A DNA stretch of 64,000 nucleotides. It comes from an uncultured Flavobacteriaceae bacterium. GTDB taxonomy: Bacteria > Bacteroidota > Bacteroidia > Flavobacteriales > Flavobacteriaceae. Shown here in pieces: positions 49,088 through 59,147 of the stretch. The stretch spans positions 275,698-339,697 of the forward strand of contig CAWBZP010000003.1 in NCBI GenBank assembly GCA_963793365.1, read 5' to 3'. The position numbers were made by a program, and so were the translations under genes. The notes below the pieces were generated by a model. The model had not been told where the DNA came from. It saw nothing but the letters and a program-made list of their open reading frames with translations, and did no database searches. Position 1 is the first letter of the stretch. Every line of letters begins with the position of its first letter.

Positions 49088-49993
49088 ATGCGGATAACCA
49101 TCTTGGGTTGTTATGCAGCAACACCACGTACATTGACCAATCCTACAGCCCAAGTTCTTGAGATAAAGAACCATATGTTTTTGATCGATTGTGGGGAAGG
49201 GACCCAGGTTCAATTGCGAAAGCACAAGATTAAATTTTCACGCATCAACCATATCTTTATATCACACCTTCACGGAGATCATTTTTTTGGACTACCGGGT
49301 TTTATTTCTACTATGCGCCTATTGGGCAGGGAGAAGGAATTGCATATTTATGGTCCCAAAGGGATAAAGGAAGCGATTACGCTATTGTTAAAACTGGGAG
49401 ACTCCTGGACCAACTATCCGCTCTTGTTCCATGAACTTACGAGTAAGGAGCCAGAAATGGTTTTTGAGGATAAAAATGTATCTGTTTCAACCTTACCGCT
49501 AGACCATAGGATTTATACCAACGGTTTTCTATTCCAAGAAGAGCCAGGGGATAGAAAACTCAATATCGAGGCAGCAGAAGCTTACGGTATTGATAAGGCC
49601 TATTTTAGAAACATTAAAAAGGGTAAGGATGTGGTTAAGGAGGATGGGAGTAAGGTAGCCAACAATATACTGACCTTTGACCCGCCAAGACCTAAAGCCT
49701 ATGCTTTTTGCAGTGATACGGGTTACCTTCCGGCATTGACCAACCTCATTAAGGAGGTGGATGTGCTCTATCATGAGTCCACTTTCTTGGAATCTGAACT
49801 GCATTTGGCTGTTAAAACCAAACACTCTACAGCAATCCAAGCGGCCAAGATAGCAAAAGTAGCAAATGCCAAAAATTTGATTCTTGGGCATTATTCAACG
49901 CGATATAAATCAATTGAACTTTTTAGGGAAGAGGCCTTGACTGAATTCAATAATGTTCACCTTGCCGATGACGGTAAAACTTTTGAATTTTAG
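49088..49993 (+). CDS. rnz: Ribonuclease Z
   Basis: 301 aa metallo-beta-lactamase fold with HLHGDHFFGLPG. Confidence 0.92.
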   Translation: MRITILGCYAATPRTLTNPTAQVLEIKNHMFLIDCGEGTQVQLRKHKIKFSRINHIFISHLHGDHFFGLPGFISTMRLLGREKELHIYGPKGIKEAITLLLKLGDSWTNYPLLFHELTSKEPEMVFEDKNVSVSTLPLDHRIYTNGFLFQEEPGDRKLNIEAAEAYGIDKAYFRNIKKGKDVVKEDGSKVANNILTFDPPRPKAYAFCSDTGYLPALTNLIKEVDVLYHESTFLESELHLAVKTKHSTAIQAAKIAKVANAKNLILGHYSTRYKSIELFREEALTEFNNVHLADDGKTFEF

Positions 49994-50188
49994 TTTCTTG
50001 CAAGAAATTGATCCCATAGCCACCTATCATTTTCTTGGGAAACAATACCTATGGAATAGTGATTTTTTTAAATCTTCTTTTCCCTAAATACTCTTGGTGA
50101 GGGTTGGCTTTGATTTTATTCGGATTTAATTGCGCTTATTTTCCTTTCTTTTTAGAACTTTGTTTATCTTGTTTTTAAGATGTAAAAG

Positions 50189-50836
50189 ATGGAGAAAGAC
50201 TTAGGCGAGTACCGAAAGAGTTATGAGAAAAGTGCACTCATGGAGGGTAGTATTTCAGACAACCCCTTACAGTTATTCCAAACCTGGTTTTATGAAGTTG
50301 AAAAATCGGACGGTATTGATGAGCCTAATGCAATGACCGTTTCTACGGTAGGTGTGGACGGGTTTCCAAAGAGCAGGGTAGTATTGCTTAAAAAGTATAC
50401 TCATGAAGGCTTTATTTTTTACACCAACTACACGAGTGAAAAAGGAAGGGCCATTGCAGAAAATCCAAATGTATGTATTTCCTTTTTTTGGCCGAATTTA
50501 GAGCGACAGGTGATTATAAAGGGAGTGGCGGAGAAGCTGGCTGAAAACTTATCCGATGGCTACTTTGATTCTCGACCGGATGGCAGCAAATTGGGCGCTA
50601 TAGTTTCCGACCAGAGCAGTGTCATTGAATCCAGAAAAGTGTTGGAAGACAGTTTGAAGGAATTGGAAAAAGAATACCGTAATAAGGATATTGAGCGTCC
50701 AGCCTACTGGGGAGGTTATTTGGTAAAACCGGTATCCATGGAATTTTGGCAGGGGAGACCCAATAGGTTGCATGATCGCATTAGATATACCTTGACACCG
50801 GAATTTGATTGGAAAATGGAGCGGTTGGCACCATAA
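50189..50836 (+). CDS. pdxH: Pyridoxamine 5'-phosphate oxidase
   Basis: 215 aa with RVVLLK, the FWQGRPNRLHDRIRY motif and a C-terminal ERLAP. Confidence 0.95.
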   Translation: MEKDLGEYRKSYEKSALMEGSISDNPLQLFQTWFYEVEKSDGIDEPNAMTVSTVGVDGFPKSRVVLLKKYTHEGFIFYTNYTSEKGRAIAENPNVCISFFWPNLERQVIIKGVAEKLAENLSDGYFDSRPDGSKLGAIVSDQSSVIESRKVLEDSLKELEKEYRNKDIERPAYWGGYLVKPVSMEFWQGRPNRLHDRIRYTLTPEFDWKMERLAP

Positions 50837-50849
50837 AAAAATATAAAAC

Positions 50850-51341
50850 ATGAAGACTTTATTATTAATGCGGCACGGGAAATCTTCTTGGGAGTTGAAC
50901 GTGGATGATAGGGATAGGCCGCTGCAGCAAAGGGGGGTAGACGATGCCCATTTGGTGGGAGCAAAAATAGCGACCAAGCAATTGACTATAGATCGTGCTT
51001 TTTCTAGCCCTGCAAACAGGGCTTTGCATACGTCGATGATTTGCCTTCGCGAATTAAAATTTTCTTTAAATAAAATGAGTATCGAGCCGGAATTATATGA
51101 TTTTTCCGGAGAAAAAGTGATTAATTTCATTAGGGCTACGTCTAATGACTTGGATACGATTCTTCTCTTTGGCCATAATAACGCTTTTACCTACATAGCA
51201 AATGCCATGGGAGATTCTTATATTGACAATGTACCTACGAGCGGTTTTGTACACCTACAATTTAAAGAGAACGATTGGTCCTCGATTACCCAGGGATCAA
51301 CACAACAAACACTATTTCCAAAGGAATTGAAAAAATGGTAA
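50850..51341 (+). CDS. Histidine phosphatase family protein (SixA-like)
   Basis: 163 aa with catalytic LLMRHGKS and LFGHNNAF motifs. Confidence 0.8.
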   Translation: MKTLLLMRHGKSSWELNVDDRDRPLQQRGVDDAHLVGAKIATKQLTIDRAFSSPANRALHTSMICLRELKFSLNKMSIEPELYDFSGEKVINFIRATSNDLDTILLFGHNNAFTYIANAMGDSYIDNVPTSGFVHLQFKENDWSSITQGSTQQTLFPKELKKW

Positions 51342-53404
51342 AAAGTAATAATCAGTATGTAAATAGGGAAATAAGTTGGTTGTGGTTCAATGAACGCGTG
51401 TTGCAGGAAAGTGCGGATAAAAATGTACCGTTGATTGAACGGCTCCGTTTTTTGGGAATTTTCTCGAACAACTTGGACGAGTTTTTTAAGGTACGTTATG
51501 CAACGGTAAAGCGCATTGTAGAGGCAGGTAGAAGTGGCAAAAGCGTATTGGGCGGCGAGAAAGCCAAAGACCTTCTGGAAGAAATCACCAAAATCGTAAT
51601 TAACCAGCAGACCAAGAGTTTGGTCATATTGAAGCAGATCGAACATGAGCTTGAAGGCAAGAATATATTTATTCTCAAGGAAACGGAATTAAATGATAGT
51701 CAGAAAGAATTTGTAAAGGAATACTTCCTAAAAGAAGTTAGTCCTCAATTAATGACCATCATTTTAAATGAACTTACCCAGTTTCCTACCTTAAAGGATA
51801 CAGCGGCTTATCTAGCCGTAAGAATGGTCATAAAAAGTGATTCTAGTAAAAAGGAGAAACGCTATGCACTCATCGAAATTCCAAAAGGTATAGACCGTTT
51901 TGTAGTCTTGCCGGTAGAGGGTGATAAGAGCTTCATTATTCTGTTGGATGATTTAATTCGCTATTGTCTGGATAATATATTTACCATGTTCGAGTATGAG
52001 TCCATTACAGCACATATGATCAAGATTACAAGAGATGCTGAGCTGGACATGGATAATGACCTTAGTAAAAGCTTTATCGAAAAAATATCCTCAAGTGTCG
52101 AGCATAGAAAAATTAGTGACCCTGTTAGGTTTGTCTACGACAAGAGTATCGGCAAGGATACCTTGGCTTTTTTAAAGGATAAGATGAAAATTGAGGATAC
52201 AGATAGTGTCATACCCGGAGGTAGGTACCATAACCGGCGCGATTATATGGGATTTCCAAGCTTGGGAAGACAGGATTTACTGTATGAGAAAATAACACCG
52301 TTACCTGTTAAGGGGCTAAGTGTAGAGGGAAGTATTTTGGGCAGTATTGCCAAAAAGGATTACTTGCAGTACACCCCATACCATACTTTCGCCTATATTT
52401 TAAAATTTTTACGTGAGGCCGCCTTAGATCCTAAGGTGCGTTCCATCAAAATAACGGTGTATAGACTGGCAAGCAACTCACAGGTTGCCGCATCTTTGAT
52501 CAATGCGGTCAAAAATGGCAAACAAGTCACCGTACAGATAGAACTGCAAGCGCGTTTTGACGAACAAGCGAATATCGAGTACGCAGAACAGCTGCAAGCA
52601 GAGGGGGTTAAACTAATTTTTGGGGTCCCAGGGCTAAAGGTACATAGCAAAATCTGTATCATAGAGCGGGAGGAAGGGGATGCCCTAAAACGTTACGGAT
52701 TCATCAGTACCGGTAATTTTAATGAATCTACGGCAAGAATCTACACGGATTATACTTTGTTTACGGCCCACGACCCAATTTTAAAGGAGTTGAACAAGGT
52801 GTTTGATTTTTTTGAGACTACCTATAAAATTAATAAGTATAAACACCTAATCGTTTCACCACACTATACAAAAAACGTCTTTCAGAAATTGATCGATGTG
52901 GAAATAGCGAACGCCATTTTGGGTAAGGAAGCCTACATCAAAATAAAGATGAACAGCTTTACGTCTTACAAGATGGTGGATAAACTGTATGAGGCCAGTC
53001 GGGCAGGCGTAAAGATTCAATTGATTGTTAGGGGTATCTGCTGTTTAGTGCCGGGTGTAAAAGGTATGAGCGAAAACATTGAGGCCATTAGTATCGTGGA
53101 TAAATTTTTGGAGCATACGCGGTTGTTCGCTTTCGCCAATGGAGGTAATCCTAAAGTATACATTTCATCTGCGGACTGGATGACCAGAAATTTAGATTAT
53201 AGAGTTGAGGTTGGCTGTCCTATCTATGACCAGGACATCAAAAAGGAATTGATGGATACCTTTGAGATTTGTTGGAAAGACAATACCAAAGCACGTGTTT
53301 TTACGGAAAAACAGGATAATGCATACCGCAAGACAAAACCACCAAAAATAAGGTCACAATTTGCGACCTATGATTATTACGAAAAGAACTTAAAAAAGAA
53401 ATAG
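51335..53404 (+). CDS. ppk1: Polyphosphate kinase 1
   Basis: Start chosen at MVKSNNQYVNREISWLWFNERVLQE, a PPK1 N-terminal signature. It is 689 aa and overlaps the phosphatase gene by 7 nt. Confidence 0.95.
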   Translation: MVKSNNQYVNREISWLWFNERVLQESADKNVPLIERLRFLGIFSNNLDEFFKVRYATVKRIVEAGRSGKSVLGGEKAKDLLEEITKIVINQQTKSLVILKQIEHELEGKNIFILKETELNDSQKEFVKEYFLKEVSPQLMTIILNELTQFPTLKDTAAYLAVRMVIKSDSSKKEKRYALIEIPKGIDRFVVLPVEGDKSFIILLDDLIRYCLDNIFTMFEYESITAHMIKITRDAELDMDNDLSKSFIEKISSSVEHRKISDPVRFVYDKSIGKDTLAFLKDKMKIEDTDSVIPGGRYHNRRDYMGFPSLGRQDLLYEKITPLPVKGLSVEGSILGSIAKKDYLQYTPYHTFAYILKFLREAALDPKVRSIKITVYRLASNSQVAASLINAVKNGKQVTVQIELQARFDEQANIEYAEQLQAEGVKLIFGVPGLKVHSKICIIEREEGDALKRYGFISTGNFNESTARIYTDYTLFTAHDPILKELNKVFDFFETTYKINKYKHLIVSPHYTKNVFQKLIDVEIANAILGKEAYIKIKMNSFTSYKMVDKLYEASRAGVKIQLIVRGICCLVPGVKGMSENIEAISIVDKFLEHTRLFAFANGGNPKVYISSADWMTRNLDYRVEVGCPIYDQDIKKELMDTFEICWKDNTKARVFTEKQDNAYRKTKPPKIRSQFATYDYYEKNLKKK

Positions 53405-53408
53405 GCGC

Positions 53409-53990
53409 TTAACCGTGAATGCTTTCTTTGGTACCTAGGTCTTTCATTATTTTGGCCTCGTAGGCCAATAAATCTTGCCATTTTTTATTGACTTCCTCCA
53501 CGTCCCCATATTTACGGGCAAATTTAAGGAACATGGTATAATGGCCTGCTTCACTTATCATGAGTTTATGGTAGAAATCTGCAAGTTTTTTGTCCTGCAA
53601 TTCCTCAGATAGAAGGCGAAAACGTTCACAGCTTCGCGCTTCTATTAATGCAGCATATAAAAGCCGATGTACCAGTTGGGTAGTACGGCTCCCTCCCTTG
53701 GGAAAGAATTTCAATAGTTCTATCACATAATCGTCCTTACGATCCCGCCCTAAGCTTTTACCACGTTCAAGGATAAGTTCGTGGACCATTTTAAAGTGCC
53801 CCATTTCCTCCCTCGAAAGCGCGATCATTTCATCTACAAGCGCAGTATATTCAGGAAAAGAAACGATTAGGGAAATTGCCGTACTGGCAGCCTTTTGCTC
53901 GCAGTAGGCATGGTCGGTCAATATTTCATCGATATTTTTTTCTACAATGTTCACCCACCTAGGATCGGTAGGTAATTTTAAGCCCAACAT
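53409..53990 (-). CDS. miaE: tRNA-(ms2io6A37)-hydroxylase MiaE
   Basis: 193 aa ferritin-like di-iron protein with TDHAYCEQKAAS, EEMGHF and SEAGHY helices. Confidence 0.8.
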   Translation of the reverse strand: MLGLKLPTDPRWVNIVEKNIDEILTDHAYCEQKAASTAISLIVSFPEYTALVDEMIALSREEMGHFKMVHELILERGKSLGRDRKDDYVIELLKFFPKGGSRTTQLVHRLLYAALIEARSCERFRLLSEELQDKKLADFYHKLMISEAGHYTMFLKFARKYGDVEEVNKKWQDLLAYEAKIMKDLGTKESIHG

Positions 53991-54081
53991 ATATCTATTT
54001 TGAACAAAATTAAAAAGATTTTGATGACCGCCCTAATTATAATTTGTCTGTAATCTAAGCGACTTACTAGTTAATAATATT

Positions 54082-54089
54082 TATTTTTG
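54082..54089 (+). promoter_or_regulatory. Candidate -7 box (TATTTTTG) for the ebo operon
   Basis: Matches TAnnTTTG 28 nt upstream of the eboA ATG. No convincing -33 TTTG lies at canonical spacing. Confidence 0.3.
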
Positions 54090-54116
54090 AGGTAATGGAT
54101 AACTTCAGCAGGGAAA

Positions 54117-54965
54117 ATGCAGGAAACTAGTGAGATTAAGGATATTTTAAAAGAATATGGTCAACCCGAGAGTTTGGTTTGGCTGAACGGAAAAATTGCA
54201 AAATTGGCAGAAAATAAATCGACTAAGGATTTATACATGACCTATAGTTTGTTGAGTGCCAAGTTTGATGGTTCCAAACCGGTTTCCTTTGGACAGGATG
54301 GGGGTAAAAAATCAATGTATTTTAAGCTGCATGATGCCAATTTACTTCAAATAGCACGCATTTATTTACTCTCGGAAGTATTGCGGCAAGATCAATCCTT
54401 CTACACTCCAAAAGTTGCCAATATTATTCAAGTTGCGGATACCGGCGAGTTGGAAACGTTTTTGAAATATTTAGTGCTGTTGCCCAATCCGGAGGCTTAC
54501 AAACAGACTGCGGTAGAAGCGCTGAGAACGAATATCGCTACGATTTTTGACGCCATAACCTTGAATAATCCGTACCCGGCAAAATACTTCAATGACCAAC
54601 AATGGAACCAGATGTACTTGAAAGCTGCTTTTATGGAGCGCGATTTATCGCAAATAGAATCTGTAGATGAACGTGCAAATGCCGATTTGACCCGTATTAT
54701 CTCTGATTATGCGCACGAACGCTGGGCGGCCTCAAGAAAAATAGATCCCTTGTTTTGGAGACCGGTTTCAAAATTTTTGAACGAAGTCCTATTGGCGGAT
54801 ATGAAAAGATTGTTAAACAGTGGGGATAAGTCAGAAAATTATGCGGGAGCACTCTGCTGTTTTCATTCAAAAAACGATACAGCAAAGCAGCTATTGAATA
54901 ACTATCCAGATTTAAAGGAAAAAGTTGCCTCAAAAGAAATACGTTGGAAGACGCTTAAACAATAA
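54117..54965 (+). CDS. eboA: EboA-like protein
   Basis: 282 aa helical protein with no enzymatic motif. It is assigned by its position as the first gene of an eboB-F-type cluster. Confidence 0.7.
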   Translation: MQETSEIKDILKEYGQPESLVWLNGKIAKLAENKSTKDLYMTYSLLSAKFDGSKPVSFGQDGGKKSMYFKLHDANLLQIARIYLLSEVLRQDQSFYTPKVANIIQVADTGELETFLKYLVLLPNPEAYKQTAVEALRTNIATIFDAITLNNPYPAKYFNDQQWNQMYLKAAFMERDLSQIESVDERANADLTRIISDYAHERWAASRKIDPLFWRPVSKFLNEVLLADMKRLLNSGDKSENYAGALCCFHSKNDTAKQLLNNYPDLKEKVASKEIRWKTLKQ

Positions 54966-54970
54966 AAAGA

Positions 54971-55879
54971 ATGGATGAAACAATGATGATTATAGACCCA
55001 CACGTTCATATGACCTCTAGGACGACGGATGATTACGAGGCCATGGCCGCGGCTGGGGTAGTTGCAATTATAGAACCTTCCTTTTGGTTGGGACAGCCAA
55101 GGACACAAGTAGGTTCCTTTCAAGATTATTTTAGCAGTCTCGTCGGCTGGGAACCGTTTAGGGCCAGCCAATTTGGGATTAAACATTATTGTACGATTGG
55201 CCTTAATTCAAAGGAAGCCAATAATGAGGCATTGGCGGAACAGGTAATTGAGCTATTGCCACTTTATTTACATAAAGAAAATGTGGTAGCCATAGGTGAA
55301 ATAGGATATGATGACCAGACTCCGGCAGAGGATAAGTATTTTAGAATGCAGTTGGAGATGGCCAAGGAGTTGGGCATGACCGTGCAGGTGCACACGCCTC
55401 ATCGCGATAAAAAGGCAGGTACCATTAAAAGTATGGAAGTTTGTATGGAGCATGGTCTAGATCCGGGGAACGTAATCATAGATCATAATAATGAAGAGAC
55501 CGTTAAGGAGGTTTTAGACCGCGGATTTATTGCGGCCTTTACGATTTACCCAAAAACGAAAATGGGTAATGAGCGAATGGTGGAGGTAGTCAAGAAATTT
55601 GGGAGCACCAATATTATCGTTGATAGTTCTGCGGATTGGGGAGTTAGTGATCCTTTGGCGGTCCCTAAGACTGCGGCCCTAATGTTAAAGCGGGGAATCG
55701 ATAGGGAGGATGTTAGGAAAACCTGTTACCAGAATGCATTGGACGCTTTTGGTAAAAACGGAAAAATGAAGGAGTCCCATTGGTTAAAGCCCACGGGCAT
55801 CAATCAATCCAAGCTCTATAACGAGAACAGTGTCTTAAGAGGGCAGGCGCCAAGAATTGACGAAGATCAAATCACCTAG
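54971..55879 (+). CDS. eboB: TatD-family metal-dependent hydrolase (EboB)
   Basis: 302 aa amidohydrolase-fold with signatures DPHVHM, GEIGYD and QVHTPH. Confidence 0.85.
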   Translation: MDETMMIIDPHVHMTSRTTDDYEAMAAAGVVAIIEPSFWLGQPRTQVGSFQDYFSSLVGWEPFRASQFGIKHYCTIGLNSKEANNEALAEQVIELLPLYLHKENVVAIGEIGYDDQTPAEDKYFRMQLEMAKELGMTVQVHTPHRDKKAGTIKSMEVCMEHGLDPGNVIIDHNNEETVKEVLDRGFIAAFTIYPKTKMGNERMVEVVKKFGSTNIIVDSSADWGVSDPLAVPKTAALMLKRGIDREDVRKTCYQNALDAFGKNGKMKESHWLKPTGINQSKLYNENSVLRGQAPRIDEDQIT

Positions 55880-55880
55880 A

Positions 55881-56780
55881 ATGAAGGAGAAGCTGATGGG
55901 TTTTGCAAGATTGGCAAGACCCGCCAATTTACCTACGGCCGCCGCGGATATATGTGCAGGTATAGCCATTGGGCTCTACGTGCAATCCATTGATGCGGAT
56001 TTATTTCTACCGCAGCATATAGGAATGGTCTTATCGTTGGTATGCGCATCCATCTTTCTATATGCAGGTGGTGTGGTCTTTAATGATGTATTTGATGCAG
56101 AGCTGGATGCTGTTGAGCGTCCCGAACGCGCTATTCCCAGTGGAATTGTAACAAAAGGCGAGGCTAAAATTTGGGGTGCTTTATTACTCGTATCCGGAGT
56201 TTTACTGGCTTTTACTTGTACGATTTTGTCCGGTGTAATCTCGGTACTATTGGCAATGGCTATCCTAATCTACGATGCTTACAGTAAACATCATGCATTT
56301 TTTGGCCCCTTGAACATGGGAGTTTGTAGGGGATTGAACCTACTCCTAGGCGTATCTATCTTGGGGTCTGTGGTACCGTGGTGGATTTCTATCGTACCCA
56401 TAGTCTACATTTTTGCAATTACTATGATCAGTAGGGGTGAAGTACATGGCAACAATAAGAATCATATCCTTTTGGCAGGTATTCTGTATGCAATAGTTGT
56501 AGTGGCAATTGCGTTAGTAATAGGATTAAAGACCAATGCTTTATTGATTGTGCTGCCTTTTTTGATGTTGTTCGCTGTTTTGATCTTTGTACCCTTGTCC
56601 AAGGCCTACCAAGAAAATTCGCCTAAGAATATCAAAAAAGCCGTAATTTCAGGAGTATTGTCGCTAATTGTAATGAACGCTTGCTGGGTGGCCGGTTTTT
56701 CAAGTTGGTATCTGGCGCTAGGGGTACTATTGTTATTCCCCTTATCCATAGTTTTGTCTAAATTATTTGCTGTAACCTAA
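55881..56780 (+). CDS. eboC: UbiA-family membrane prenyltransferase (EboC)
   Basis: The ATG lies 1 nt after the eboB stop; the track ORF starts at an upstream TTG. The first Asp-rich motif is NDVFDAELDAVERPERAIPSG, with ~8-9 TM helices. Confidence 0.88.
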   Translation: MKEKLMGFARLARPANLPTAAADICAGIAIGLYVQSIDADLFLPQHIGMVLSLVCASIFLYAGGVVFNDVFDAELDAVERPERAIPSGIVTKGEAKIWGALLLVSGVLLAFTCTILSGVISVLLAMAILIYDAYSKHHAFFGPLNMGVCRGLNLLLGVSILGSVVPWWISIVPIVYIFAITMISRGEVHGNNKNHILLAGILYAIVVVAIALVIGLKTNALLIVLPFLMLFAVLIFVPLSKAYQENSPKNIKKAVISGVLSLIVMNACWVAGFSSWYLALGVLLLFPLSIVLSKLFAVT

Positions 56781-56787
56781 GAATTTT

Positions 56788-57948
56788 ATGCAATTACAAT
56801 CTATAAAACAGTCTTTTAAAGTACACTATGAGTATCAATTGTATTTTACAAACGGGCTATTTACTCTTGACAATCCCTTATTTTCGAATTTAATAGCTGA
56901 GTATCAGGGACTGGAACCAGTGAAATTATTTTTCGTAGTTGATGACGGGGTACAAAAACACCATCCTGATCTATGTTCCCAAATTGAGACCTACTGCAAG
57001 CATTTTAAGGACATAGTAAGGCACACGGCAACCCTTGTTGTTCCTGGCGGGGAACAATCGAAAAATAGCGAGGCCGCTGTTGAAGCAGTACTGAAAGGTG
57101 TGAATGATCATAAAATTTGTCGTCACTCATTCGTAATTGTAGTTGGTGGGGGCGCTGTTATAGATATGGTGGGCTACGCTGCGGCCATAGCACATAGGGG
57201 CGTAAAATTAATCCGTATACCAACAACCGTGCTTTCGCAGAATGATTCTGCTGTGGGCGTTAAGAACAGTATAAACGCATTTCAAAAAAAGAATTTTTTA
57301 GGAACATTTGCGCCACCTTACGCTATAATCAACGATAGCGATTTTCTACGAACTTTAGAACAACGTGATTGGATTTCTGGAATTGCGGAGGCTATAAAAG
57401 TAGCGTTAATCAAGGACAATGACTTTTTTCAATATATCGCTCAAAATGCAGAAGCCTTGAAAAATAGGGAAATGGAACCAATGCACGATGTTATTTATAA
57501 ATGCGCGGAAATGCATATGGAGCATATTGCCCAAGGTGGGGACCCGTTTGAATCTGGTTCCTCCAGACCCTTGGATTTTGGCCATTGGGCCGCCCACAAA
57601 ATGGAATTTATGTCCAATTACCAAATGCGCCATGGGGAAGCGGTGGCCAAGGGTATCGCATTGGATGTTACTTATGCCCAACTCTGTGGACTGATTACGG
57701 AGACCGAATTACATCAAATTTTGGATGTCATGAAAAAGATTGGCTTTGACTTGGCGATACCCATGAATACTCCAGAGGAAATTGATATTTTACTTAAAGG
57801 GATAGAGGAGTTTAGGGAGCATCTTGGTGGCCAGCTTACCATAACCTTACTATCTGGATTAGGCATAAAGCATGATGTACATACCATTGATATGAAACGC
57901 ATGAAAGATGCGGTAATGAAGTTGAACCATCAAATGGCCTTAAATTAA
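56788..57948 (+). CDS. eboD: 3-dehydroquinate synthase superfamily sugar-phosphate cyclase (EboD)
   Basis: 386 aa with motifs PGGEQSKN, VVGGGAVIDMVGYAAA and RIPTTVLSQNDSAVGVKN. Confidence 0.85.
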   Translation: MQLQSIKQSFKVHYEYQLYFTNGLFTLDNPLFSNLIAEYQGLEPVKLFFVVDDGVQKHHPDLCSQIETYCKHFKDIVRHTATLVVPGGEQSKNSEAAVEAVLKGVNDHKICRHSFVIVVGGGAVIDMVGYAAAIAHRGVKLIRIPTTVLSQNDSAVGVKNSINAFQKKNFLGTFAPPYAIINDSDFLRTLEQRDWISGIAEAIKVALIKDNDFFQYIAQNAEALKNREMEPMHDVIYKCAEMHMEHIAQGGDPFESGSSRPLDFGHWAAHKMEFMSNYQMRHGEAVAKGIALDVTYAQLCGLITETELHQILDVMKKIGFDLAIPMNTPEEIDILLKGIEEFREHLGGQLTITLLSGLGIKHDVHTIDMKRMKDAVMKLNHQMALN

Positions 57949-57952
57949 AAGT

Positions 57953-59146
57953 ATGCAGGTAAAACAGGACCTTCATTTAACCTATTGCACCAACATTCAC
58001 CCAGGGCAGGACTGGAAAAGTACGTTCGATAGTATAAAAGCGAATGTACCTGTTATCAAGAAATCTACCTGTGGGGAAGAAAACTTTGGTTTGGGTCTTC
58101 GCTTGTCCAATAAGGCCAGTGAGGAATTAGATCATGGAAATAATTTTTCCGAGTTCCAAAAATGGCTAAAGGACAACGCTGTTTATGTCTTTACCATGAA
58201 CGGCTTTCCATATGGTAATTTTCATGATGAACGGGTAAAGGATTTGGTCCATGCCCCAGATTGGACCACCCCAGAACGGCTAGGCTACTCAAAAAGGCTG
58301 TTTCGTCAGCTTTCAGAATTATTGCCAGAGGGAATGGCCGGTGGCATATCAACTTCACCTATTTCTTATAAGTATTGGCATAAAAGTAAAGAAGATGCCA
58401 AAAGAGCCTTTGAAACCGGGGCGCGGCAACTCGTACAATTGGTCAATTATTTGGTGTACTTGGAGGAAACTACAGGGAAATACATGCATCTGGATATAGA
58501 GCCTGAACCCGACGGCCTTTTGGAGAACAGTGATGAGGTCTTGTCTTTTTTCTCGGATTATCTGCTGCCGATCGGCATTCCGTTTCTTGAGAAACAGTTA
58601 GGTTCTACCAGTTTAGAGGCAGAAGCCTTACTTAAAAAATACATAACGGTTTGTTATGACATCTGTCATTTTTCCCTTGCCTATGAAGAGCCCAGGGATA
58701 CCTTTTTAAAGTTTAAAGCCAAAGACATCCTCATTGGTAAAATTCAAGTAAGTGCCGCGTTGAAAATAATATTTAATGGCGCTAATGATGAAGTTGTTTG
58801 GGAGGAACTTTCAAAATTCAATGAGCCTACCTATCTGCACCAGGTAACAGAAGAAATAGGCGGTTCCGTCAAGACCTATAGCGATTTGCCCGAAGTCCTA
58901 AACAATAGGGGTACCCATAGGGAGTTAAGGGCGCATTACCATGTGCCCATTTTTTTGGAAAAGTATGGTTCATTATTTTCCACACAGGATCATATTCTAA
59001 AAACCATAAATTACATTCAAGAACATCCTGTTTGCGAGCATTTGGAAATTGAAACGTATACTTGGGATGTGCTGCCTTCCGATTTGAAACAGGATTTGTC
59101 AGAATCCATCGTTCGGGAAATTGAATGGTTGAAAATACGCTTATAG
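57953..59146 (+). CDS. eboE: Xylose-isomerase-like TIM-barrel protein (EboE)
   Basis: 397 aa alpha/beta-barrel-type sequence (HLDIEPEPDG...). Position and size match EboE. Confidence 0.75.
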   Translation: MQVKQDLHLTYCTNIHPGQDWKSTFDSIKANVPVIKKSTCGEENFGLGLRLSNKASEELDHGNNFSEFQKWLKDNAVYVFTMNGFPYGNFHDERVKDLVHAPDWTTPERLGYSKRLFRQLSELLPEGMAGGISTSPISYKYWHKSKEDAKRAFETGARQLVQLVNYLVYLEETTGKYMHLDIEPEPDGLLENSDEVLSFFSDYLLPIGIPFLEKQLGSTSLEAEALLKKYITVCYDICHFSLAYEEPRDTFLKFKAKDILIGKIQVSAALKIIFNGANDEVVWEELSKFNEPTYLHQVTEEIGGSVKTYSDLPEVLNNRGTHRELRAHYHVPIFLEKYGSLFSTQDHILKTINYIQEHPVCEHLEIETYTWDVLPSDLKQDLSESIVREIEWLKIRL

Positions 59147-59147
59147 C

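Noticed and set aside
56788-57948. The dehydroquinate synthase homologue as the shikimate-pathway aroB.
   Set aside because: It is embedded in the ebo gene order between a UbiA prenyltransferase and a TIM-barrel gene, not with aro genes. The aroQ gene at 23303 is unlinked. An HMM search would be needed to be certain.
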